A DNA stretch of 64,000 bases from Macrostomum lignano (lineage: Eukaryota). The notes below the pieces were generated by a model. That model was given only the letters and a program-made list of their open reading frames with translations, did no database searches and was not told where the DNA came from. The translations under genes and the position numbers were made by a program. This document shows, one piece after another, positions 49,801 through 59,803 of this stretch (positions are counted from its first letter, which is position 1; every line of letters begins with the position of its first letter). Location of the stretch: positions 62,001 to 126,000 of the forward strand of contig NIVC01001503.1 in the NCBI GenBank assembly GCA_002269645.1, written 5' to 3'.

Positions 49801-50329
49801 ATGTTTCCTTGCATCCACGTGTAATACAGTTACTCTCTTGACGTGTTGTGCAGAAATTGCTTACTGTAATCTTTATAATTGCATAATATACAATGCATTG
49901 AGTAAATTAAATAGCCAATCATTATTGTGCTTCACTCTTCAAGCAGAATAATATTTTAAATAATGTATTACTTTGCTAAGCACTTTGAAAACCGATTTGT
50001 TTATTTTTTACGCAAGCTAGCCGATGCAAAAGCAAATTCTGAAAAATACAACCTAATCGTAATTTAGTCGGATATTAGCGTCACATTCCGATCGGAAAAC
50101 TCCGACTAGAAAACGACCGGATTGCACGAGCCACTTTGCTGACAAATTCCGACCGGACATTCCGATCGGATTCCGACTACCCTTTTTTACTGGGTTATGA
50201 GTTTACTATGTTGTAAAATATTGATTGTCAATTTAACGAACTTCTGATGCTCTTTTTTAAATTAAGTTAAAAACTAAAGTAACAACGCCGCGGCCGTGGG
50301 CCGGGCCGGGCCGTGAATTATCGATACCC
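46894..50329. mobile_element. MITE of about 225 bp (possibly Mutator-type) split by a nested 3.2-kb insertion
   Basis: AAACGGGTATCGGTAATTCACGGCCCGGCCC (about 46898-46928) is the inverted complement of the sequence at about 50303-50333, with one mismatch. GTTTTCACCA is directly repeated at 46884-46893 and 50330-50339. Confidence 0.6.
46986..50194. mobile_element. Non-autonomous CCC...GGG (EnSpm/CMC-type) element, 3209 bp, AT-rich interior
   Basis: Perfect 25-bp TIR CCCAGTAAAAAAGGGTAGTCGGAAT, TT dinucleotide TSD (46984-46985, 50195-50196), and TCGGAA subterminal repeats at both ends. No transposase ORF. Confidence 0.88.
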
Positions 50330-52509
50330 GTTTTCACCATTGGCGAGACTCGTAGCAAGGACGACCTTGATGCAAACCTTATCAGTTCAAAATGAGTTGT
50401 ACGATCTCTCTACTAATTTCATGCAGATTTTCTCAAATATTATTTGAACTGTTTCCCAGGCTGTCCACCATTAAGATGATTTTTGTTCGTAACTAAAACT
50501 TTGCGCGAATTCGGAATCGCCTGGTTTTTCCTAGAAATTGTGATTTCTACTATTGTATTGTGATGTATTGTAATTTATAAATATCCAGGGGGGCTTTTCA
50601 CATTACCAATTCCAGAACCAGAATCGGTTTGGATCTTCCAAGAAAAAAAACAATATAACTATTTAACTTTGTTGAATGTTTGACTGCCTTAACAGCCTCA
50701 CTTTGCACATTTTTTTTCAATTTCTTCTTGGCTATTGATTGCCATTTAATAATCGCAACTTTATACAATTATAGTACTTATATCCCTCTAGTTTAGTTTA
50801 GGAGACAAAAAGTTATACTTTACAAATTGGATCTGGTTCTAGAACTAAAATAAGTAATATGAAAAGGCCTTATGATTATCACTTAAAGAAAGTATAAAAT
50901 TAGATTAGATTAAAATTATTGGAGCCAAAAATTATTGTATCATTTTATTTTTCATGTTTTAAATAAATCAATTAGGGCTTATACTAATAGATGATTACTT
51001 TTTGGTATTTTCTAGGCCTAGGCCTATATGATATGTCAAAAATATCATGACAATAATGCCAATGGATGGTTCTATGTTTTAGACCTAACATCTTGACTAA
51101 TGTTATTCATGTAACTCATGCGCCATGCCTTGTTCAGTTTTGTCATTGCACTCCATTGCTTTATGCCCAACCATTGATCTATGCATTAGTTATATGAAAA
51201 AATAGTTAAAATTTTTGACTTTGTAGTTAAAGTTGCATTAAATGAAATGAAATCTATCATTGCCCATTGGCCATTGGCCCTATTTATTGCCATATTGGCT
51301 ATAGTATTGCAGCGAGGTCTAAACTGTGCCAGTGCCCACTTTCCTACACCAGATACTTACCTTACTATGCTACATCATACATTAACACTAATGGTAATAA
51401 CTAGAGTTCTAGTTAGGTTAAAGCTCAAGCATAGACCAAGATAGGCCCCTTAAGATGTAGAATAACTTACCACATGTAAAATGCACAATTTTAGAATTGA
51501 AAATGATGTAGAATAAAAATGGCACATGCTAAAGACAAGCAGTTTGCAGCAAAAGATGTAAAACACTTAGACCTATTGACTCAAAAATATTTCATTGCCA
51601 TGAAAACCAATTTTGGTTGCTATGGCAATAAAAAACAATTTTGGTTGCTATGGCAATAATAATATACTCAATATAATTAGGCAATAGGCATATTTTCATT
51701 GGCATTAGGCTTAGACTTAATAAGATTAGGCCATACTATAGGTGTATCCTTATCTTACCCTTATCTACTACTGTATCTTTTTTTTTCTTTAGGTTTACTG
51801 TATTCGTATTCCCTTTTTCAATTATTTAATTTTGTATAGGCCCCTTTCAATTTAAATTTATCTTCTTATATTTAGTATTTATCACTGCATGCCATTTAGG
51901 ACAATTTGCACTAGTAAGTAACCATGTGTAAATCTTTTTGTTTTTTTTGAATAGTGTAGTTGTATTACAGTTTGTCAAAAAAGAATTAGGACCTTAAAGC
52001 TATGAATAGTTTAATTTTTTTAGAAAAAGCAAAAAAACAATGGCTAAAGTCTTTTGAATATTTATCATTAGCAATTAACATGAGTTTATAGAATTTATAG
52101 AATAAAATAAAGATAAGAAGTCAAGTTATTAAAAAGGCACAAATTATACTAGTCCAGACCATTCAGTTTAATCTTTTTATTTTCCATTTTCAAGCAACAG
52201 TTTTTAATCCTTCTTTTAGTTTTTTTTTACTTTAGGTTTTTCTTGAAGTAATATTTATTAATAATTCTTTTTGTTTCATTTTTAGGGTACACAGCTGCAT
52301 TATAAAAAAGCTATAGATGGCTTGTAACTTCTAAATAAAGAAACAGTGGCTTGAGATACTTGGGATGAGCAAATTATTGAGATTTTAATAAATTATCGAA
52401 ATTATTAGATTTTCTAGGTTATTCATATCAAAAAGCTTGCATGCATGGCAGCCATATCTTAATACACAGTAAGTCATATATTAGTTTAAGGTGAGGGTGC
52501 AGGGTGAGG

Positions 52510-52755
52510 GTAAAGTGGGGGTGTGGGGCGGCCAGCCCCCACTAGTAGCCTTATTAATCCCAGGGGTTTGGTGTGGCAAGCCCCCTACTAGCCTTACTAA
52601 TGCCTGGGATGTAAGGGTGGCAAGCCCCCAGTAGTCTTACTAATGCCAGGGGTGTGGGGTGGCAAGCCCCCCCCATTAGCCTTACTAATGCTAGGGGTAT
52701 GGGGGTGGCAAGCCCCCACTAGCCTTACTAATGCCAAAAGTGTGGGGGCGGCAAA
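52510..52755. repeat. Degenerate repeat of about 44 bp (GGGGTGGCAAGCCCCC...TAGCCTTACTAATGCC), 5-6 copies
   Basis: Direct inspection. Confidence 0.8.
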
Positions 52756-53679
52756 CCTTGAAGATGACAGCGTGCATTTTCATTCACTAGTAAATTTTTT
52801 ATGAATTGGTATTATTTTTACCCTAGGGTGAGCTTCTACTACTCTATGCTTCACTATGTTAGCACTCTGATTTTTTGTAAGGCTTCAGCCTTGATTACTA
52901 GTACTGGAACCTATTTTCTAATAGCTATGGATCTGGCAGTCTTCTGCAGGCAGTTATTTACTAATGAAGTCTTTAAACATTTGAAGTATCTTGTTTTGAA
53001 TCTCATTATTTCATTTTGATCTTATTTTGAACAAAAGCTCAATATCAACCACCTATTAAAAAGTAAAACATTTTTTCTATATTATACCCATAAATTGCAC
53101 TATTGGAATACCATTGCCAGATCCATAGCCATTAAAAATGGGCTCTGGTGCCAGAACTCTAGCCATTGCCAACACTAACCCCCGCTACTTATATGCACAC
53201 CTATACCCAGTGTTGGGCACTGTTAATGAAAATCTTAACTTTTATTAATGGCAAAAGCATTAGTGTCAAAACAAAAAATCTTAACTTATTAACTCTTAAT
53301 TTTGTTAAGTTAACTGAAAGTTAACTGATAATTATTAATAAGCATTACTCCATTAAAGTTAACATAGAAAATACAGAAATCTGCACTTTCCCAAATAGAC
53401 TTCATAATGCACTGTCTTTGCTTGTCCATCTTTTTAGTAAAACACAGAGGTTACCTAAGCAATTTACAAGCTAAAAAGTAATACATCATAATTTCAAAAA
53501 TTTATATGTATAATACTACTAAAAGTAAGCATATGGTAAAAGAAGTAACTTTTTTATTTGGAATTTGAAAGCTAATTAGTTAATAAATAAAATATGAAGG
53601 AAATGCAAAAGTGCAAAAGTTTGTAAGAAAAATATTACACGGCTTTTATACCAAATTGTTGGTTTTTGCATGAATAAGA

Positions 53680-54109
53680 ATGCCCAAACGAAGCTGCCCA
53701 TTTGCTGACAATGCTAATCAGCTCAAAGTGCGCGTTTCCCAGAAGCTTGTGGACACGGGCGTGAATGCCGAGCAAAACATGAGTGCCGTTTATGGTGAGT
53801 GCATTTTAGAGTTACGAATTTTGATTTCACGCTACTGACTGCCTACTAACAGTAGCCAACACGACATTCTTCCGTTCCGTCCTTCTCTTTCAAGATCGCA
53901 CTTTGAAACTGTTGAATAATGGCGCTCGCAAATTCTACAACCCGTCAGCTGAGGACAGCAGCAGACTGGAGCTGCAGGCTCGCGACAGCGTCGAGTCGTT
54001 GGAGGTCAGCGAGACTGCAGAATCCAATGCTGACGTTGGCGCTGCAGCAAACCAATCTAAACTTGAACAGTTTGGCTTTGTGCGTTCACCAACTAAATCT
54101 GCGCACTAA
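53680..54109 (+). CDS. SIVA1: SIVA1 apoptosis regulator homolog; the visible part is 109 aa and lacks the C-terminal Cys-rich zinc fingers. Exons: 53680-53794, 53895-54109.
   Basis: [31 protein letters not shown]...DRTLKLLNNGA matches the SIVA1 N-terminus ([32 protein letters not shown]...EKTKRLLFLGA, from memory). A 100-bp phase-1 GT-AG intron separates the exons. Confidence 0.86.
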
Positions 54110-54289
54110 TTATCTGCTGCACATTATATTGCACTGTACATTTGTCTATTTTGTGGCACAGTTCCCTTTTTTAATACTGTGCTATATGTTTTCATTGCTA
54201 TCTATGTATGCGCAAGGCAGTTTTTGCACCATTTTTTTCTGCGACTGAGCCACGGAGTTTCAAAGAAAGAAAACTGCTGCGTGATGATA

Positions 54290-54890
54290 AATCAGCAGGC
54301 TAGTCATTAGTGTGTGATGACCAATCAGCAGGCTGGTCATTAGTGTGTGGTGACCAATCAGCAGGCTGGTCATTAGTGTGTGATGACCAATCAGCAGGCT
54401 GGTCATTAGTGTGTGGTGACCAATCAGCAGGCTGGTCATTAGTGTGTGATGACCAATCAGCAGGCTGGTCATTAGTGTGTGATGACCAATCAGCAGGCTG
54501 GTCATTAGTGTGTGGTGACCAATCAGCAGGCTGGTCATTAGTGTGTGATGACCAATCAGCAGGCTGGTCATTAGTGTGTGGTGACCAATCAGCAGGCTGG
54601 TCATTAGTGTGTGATGACCAATCAGCAGGCTGGTCATTAGTGTGTGGTGACCAATCAGCAGGCTGGTCATTAGTGTGTGATGACCAATCAGCAGGCTGGT
54701 CATTAGTGTGTGGTGACCAATCAGCAGGCTGGTCATTAGTGTGTGATGAGTGATGACCAATCGGCGAGCTGGTCTTTAGTGTGTGATGACCAATCAGTAA
54801 GCTTGGTCATTAGTGTCTTATGACCAATCAGTAAGCTTGGTCATTAGTGTCTTATGACCAATCAGTAAGCTTGGTCATTAGTCGGTAATG
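54290..54890. repeat. 33-bp minisatellite G(A/G)TGACCAATCAGCAGGCTGGTCATTAGTGTGT, mostly as a 66-bp A/G dimer
   Basis: Direct inspection; each unit has a CCAAT box and a TGACC...GGTCA stem. Confidence 0.95.
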
Positions 54891-55717
54891 ACCAATTAGT
54901 GGCACATTGATAAATAAGTGAATAAGTACTTAGACTGATGTTAAGCTACTAATTTTAGCTACTTTGAGTAGTCTATAAATGATCGTATTCTGTTTCATTT
55001 ATACTTTCCAGTTGTCGCTGACTTAAATTGATGTTATTTTTCTGTCCATTTTAGCCCATTTGTCTTTTCTCAGTATTGTTATTATTATTATTTCTTGTAT
55101 TCATAGCATCTGGCATAAAAATTGGCGTTAAAAATTATATCTCTGTCGAATGCTGCATATTTTCTATTATACCTGAAATACTACTTTCGTCTTCGGTAAA
55201 AGTAGTGTCTAATGTTTGGTGTTTCTTTGCTCTTTTTCTAATATATGAATAAGAATAACAGACACAATAAAGAACTTATGATCATTTGTATTCAGATTAA
55301 AATGACCTTTATAGATAGGACAGTAAGTACTTTGATACAAGACTACTGTTTTTTAACCATGGTAGAAACTTATAGTTTAGTTACTCATAGAAAAACTGAA
55401 TAGATCATGATTTCCCTATGACTGTACCATATCTATCCCGTTTCCAGTATTCCATTGAGTATTCCATTGCTATATTACATGAGTAGAGCATGAGTACTCT
55501 ATGACTACATCTTGCCTAAATCTAGGTCACAGCTAACCTATGACCAACTTGGACCTAGGTCATGGCTAACTTATGACCAAATTGGCCCTAAGTCATGGCT
55601 ATCATATGACTAGATGATGACTAGGTCATCGGCTCATGTCATACCTATAACTACCTGCTTAATTCCTGACCATTTAGCCACTGCCCACAAGCAAACAGAA
55701 CTGCCTGTCTGTTGCAG

Positions 55718-56311
55718 ACCGCCAGTCAGTGGCGCCGTATAGCGGTCAGTGCTCGCAGTTGCGGGCACCTCCTATTCAATCGCTACCTGTTGCTAACCAA
55801 CTGCGCAATCTGCGGCCTCAGCTCCTCGTGCGGCGATCTGATCAGCCAGAAACTGGAGTGCCGCAACAGGAAGCAATCGCTATTGTCAACAGTGAATTGG
55901 AAGCGCAATTTAACTATAGGATCGTGCGGCGTGCTGCTGGGCCCGCTCACTCACTATTGGTACCTGTTCTTAGAGAGACGCTTCCTGGGCCGGACTGCAC
56001 GCGCCCTGGTGTACAAAGTTGCCGCCGATGCGCTGCTGTTCTCGCCCGTGTACATCACTCTGTACGTTGTTAGCCTCGGCTTGATGCGCGGAGTTGGCAG
56101 GGAGGCGATTAAAGCCGATCTGTGGGAGGCCGGCCTAGAGATCTACAAGTACGAGGCCACCATATGGAGCGCTGCTCAAGCCGTTAATTTCTATTTTTTG
56201 CCAATCAGATACCGGGTTGCATTTGACAGCAGCGTGTCGCTTGCATTCGACACTTTTTACGCCAATCAGTACAACAGTGCGCCTAGCAACTCACCTGGCG
56301 ACAAAGCTTAA
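55718..56311 (+). CDS. MPV17L2: Mpv17/PMP22 family protein, MPV17L2-like (197 aa from the splice acceptor; no genomic ATG at the N-terminus)
   Basis: WRR...HLLFNRYLLLTN..CG...GDLISQ, GPLTHYWYLFLE, KVAADALLFSP, IWSAAQAVNFYFLPIRYRV. Phase-0 acceptor TTGCAG ends at 55717, and an in-frame TGA lies upstream at 55667. Confidence 0.9.
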   Translation, partial: TASQWRRIAVSARSCGHLLFNRYLLLTNCAICGLSSSCGDLISQKLECRNRKQSLLSTVNWKRNLTIGSCGVLLGPLTHYWYLFLERRFLGRTARALVYKVAADALLFSPVYITLYVVSLGLMRGVGREAIKADLWEAGLEIYKYEATIWSAAQAVNFYFLPIRYRVAFDSSVSLAFDTFYANQYNSAPSNSPGDKA

Positions 56312-56869
56312 TTAAACCTTACCGAGCCTTTACCATTTGCCTTTAAAATTGAACTCAGATTTGTAGAATATTGTGAAGGTTGAATTTCTGACAAAATACG
56401 GTCCAAAATATGCTACTTCCCACCACTTGTAGTGAGTAGTACTAATAGCGTTTCGTGCTATTAATATTTCTGACTGTTTTCAAATGTTAAAAAATTGAAC
56501 ATGTTAACAACAATTTTTAGGTCTCATATATTTATTTCGATTCTAAATTCTGTTGCTTTAATTTCGATATCAATATTGGCAAAGAATGATGAGTAATAGT
56601 TTTGATTTGATTGAAATTAGTTTGACATGCACCTGTGTTATTGTTGGTTCATTTTGTATCTGATTAAGCTTATGCAGTGATTAATGCCACGGCACATGTG
56701 AATTTCTGACTGGCTTGCTTGAACCAACCCATCGCAAATACATGAATGAAGTTACAGTGCAATATCAAGCTATGCACACCTGTTTTCTAGCTGAATCTGT
56801 AAAAATGATTTAATTTTCAATTTGACTTCTTACTTTTGCCTCCAACCACCACAGATACTACAATAATTA

Positions 56870-57402
56870 GATGGGCCACTCATCACATTTGCGTGTAAGC
56901 TACTTTCAGTTCAGTAGTAAGTTAAACAGAAGAATTTTAGAATTTTTTTTCATTTATTGGCTCCACAGGTACTCCGAGTAGAATAACTAGATGGGCCACT
57001 CAGGCATATATACTTAGCAAAACAGCTTTCTACTTTCAGTTCAGTAGCAAAGAAGAATACATAAGCTATATTATAAAAATAAAGACAGCTAAAATAACTT
57101 TGATAAGTTTAGAAGCCCTAGCTTGCAGGCGTAAACAGCTTGCTAATTGGTTCAACAGTAATGTACATTAGCCAGTCCAATGAAATGTACATGGCAGCTT
57201 TAGGCTGGAATTCCGAGAAAGGCAATAAAATTGAGGCGGGGTGGGGCGTAGTGTGCAAAGGCGCGGTTGGAGGGTTTAGGCTGGTGGGTAGAGCCAATAA
57301 ATAAGCCTTGGCTTTAAAAACAAAAAATACATTAAAATGCTTCTCTTTAACTTACTACTGAACTGAAGGTAGCTTACACGCAAATAAGCTAAGTGGCCCA
57401 TT
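56870..57402. mobile_element. Foldback/MITE-like element of about 530 bp with inverted arms of about 70 bp
   Basis: 56887-56926 (ATTTGCGTGTAAGCTACTTTCAGTTCAGTAGTAAGTTAAA) is the inverted complement of 57346-57385 with one mismatch, and weaker similarity extends on both sides. No TSD found. Confidence 0.6.
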
Positions 57403-58186
57403 TACCTCATCCTTGGCCTCGAACCCCGAACTTCTGCGGTTGGAACTCTGCTTTGGATTTGGAAGGCTGGGAAACTAGAGAAACTCTATCAACTAGGACT
57501 GTTTATGTCTATATGATAGCGAATATTTGTCGATCAAAACTTTTATGCAAGTTGACAAACTTGAAAATTTTAAAAAGCAGCTATGTAAGTACGCACTTTT
57601 TTAATTCGACCAGTTCTTTATCAGATTTAGCCCTATGCTTTCCACCGATAAGAATAAGTTCTCAACTGGTTATGCATGAAAGGCGATAGCCTGTAGATAG
57701 TTCGTAGAGAGCCATTTTTTAGAAATTCGTTCGAACCTGTGTCTTTTACCCCCTTCTCATTGGGCAAAGCCAGTCTTATCCAATCGGTTGTCCGTTGCGT
57801 GTATTAGCTGTGTGCAGCTAGAACTTCAGTGTATTACATATATAGGCTCGTTCTTACAGCGTGCTGATATTTTTCAATTAATTGATAGTTTTCAATCAAC
57901 TAACTCAAATTATAAAGTCAAAGTCCCTGATTATAATCTCGGAACATCTGAATGGTGAGGCAGTGTTATATCTTATTGTTATGAATACAGTACGTGCATA
58001 AGTCATACCGGTATTTCTTAAAACCGTCGTGATATTCGAGGGTCGAGCGTCGCCACCGGGGGGGGGGCAGGGGGACATGCCCCCAGTAAAAGCTATATTG
58101 GGGAACATGCCAATGCTTTTTTCCCTCCGCCCCACCGTGACCCGTTATGGAAATCAATATTTTTTCGAAAATATAACGCCTTCGGC

Positions 58187-59625
58187 GCCAAAATGACTGC
58201 ATGCCTGCTGTGCCAAAATGAGTGCCTGCCTGCGGTGCCAAAATGAGTGCCTGCCTGCGGTGCCAAAATGAGTGCCTGCCTGCTGTGCCAAAATGAGTGC
58301 CTGCCTGCGGTGCCAAAATGAGTGCCTGCCTGCATCGCCAAAATGAGTGCCTGCCTGCGGTGCCAAAATGAGTGCCTGCCTGCATCGCCTAAATGAGTGC
58401 CTGCCTGCGGTGCCAAAATGAGTGCCTGCCTGCATCGCCAAAATGAGTGCCTGCCTGCATCGCCAAAATGAGTGCCTGCCTGCGGTGCCAAAATGAGTGC
58501 CTGCCTGCATCGCCAAAATGAGTGCCTGCCTGCATCGCCAAAATGAGTGCCTGCCTGCTGTGCCAAAATGAGTGCCTGCCTGCTGTGCCAAAATGAGTGC
58601 CTGCCTGCATCGCCAAAATGAGTGCCTGCCTGCTGTGCCAAAATGACTGCATGCCTGCTGTGCCAAAATGAGTGCCTGCCTGCATCGCCAAAATGAGTGC
58701 CTGCCTGCTGTGCCAAAATGACTGCATGCCTGCTGTGCCAAAATGAGTGCCTGCCTGCGGTGCCAAAATGAGTGCCTGCCTGCATCGCCAAAATGAGTGC
58801 CTGCCTGCGGTGCCAAAATGAGTGCCTGCCTGCGGTGCCAAAATGAGTGCCTGCCTGCTGTGCCAAAATGACTGCATGCCTGCTGTGCCAAAATGAGTGC
58901 CTGCCTGCTGTGCCAAAATGAGTGCCTGCCTGCGGTGCCAAAATGAGTGCCTGCCTGCATCGCCAAAATGAGTGCCTGCCTGCGGTGCCAAAATGAGTGC
59001 CTGCCTGCTGTGCCAAAATGAGTGCCTGCCTGCATCGCCAAAATGAGTGCCTGCCTGCGGTGCCAAAATGAGTGCCTGCCTGCGGTGCCAAAATGAGTGC
59101 CTGCCTGCTGTGCCAAAATGAGTGCCTGCCTGCATCGCCAAAATGAGTGCCTGCCTGCGGTGCCAAAATGAGTGCCTGCCTGCGGTGCCAAAATGAGTGC
59201 CTGCCTGCGGTGCCAAAATGAGTGCCTGCCTGCGGTGCCAAAATGAGTGCCTGCCTGCGGTGCCAAAATGAGTGCCTGCCTGCGGTGCCAAAATGAGTGC
59301 CTGCCTGCGGTGCCAAAATGAGTGCCTGCCTGCTGTGCCAAAATGAGTGCATGCCTGCTGTGCCAAAATGAGTGCCTGCCTGCGGTGCCAAAATGAGTGC
59401 CTGCCTGCGGTGCCAAAATGAGTGCCTGCCTGCGGTGCCAAAATGAGTGCCTGCCTGCTGTGCCAAAATGAGTGCATGCCTGCTGTGCCAAAATGAGTGC
59501 CTGCCTGCGGTGCCAAAATGAGTGCCTGCCTGCTGTGCCAAAATGAGTGCATGCCTGCTGTGCCAAAATGAGTGCCTGCCTGCGGTGCCAAAATGAGTGC
59601 CTGCCTGCGGTGCCAAAATGAGTCC
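58187..59625. repeat. 25-bp minisatellite GCCAAAATGAGTGCCTGCCT(GCGGT/GCTGT/GCATC), about 58 copies
   Basis: Direct inspection; the source of the 443-507 aa minus-strand ORFs. Confidence 0.96.
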
Positions 59626-59803
59626 CGATCATTTTGAGTCCTCATCATGAGTCCCGATGTACATGTAGTAGTAGGTAGTATTCCGTAATTCATGGATGTT
59701 CCGATGGTGATTATGGCCAAATTCTATCCCGAGTTGCGCTGAGATCTCGTCCTATCAGCCTTCGCGAAATTCAACTGTTTTTTTCATTCAATCACGAGCG
59801 CAG

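Noticed and set aside
50590-50870. Possible Harbinger-like MITE (GGGCTTTTCACATTAC ... GTAATATGAAAAGGCC)
   Set aside because: Inverted similarity is short and gapped, and I could not identify a TSD.
54310-54753. CDDQSAGWSLV repeat ORF as the missing SIVA Cys-rich domain
   Set aside because: It is a pure 33-bp DNA repeat with one Cys per unit and no CxxC pattern.
58093-59720. 443-507 aa minus-strand ORFs
   Set aside because: These are translations of the 25-bp array, open in all three minus frames, with no domain content.
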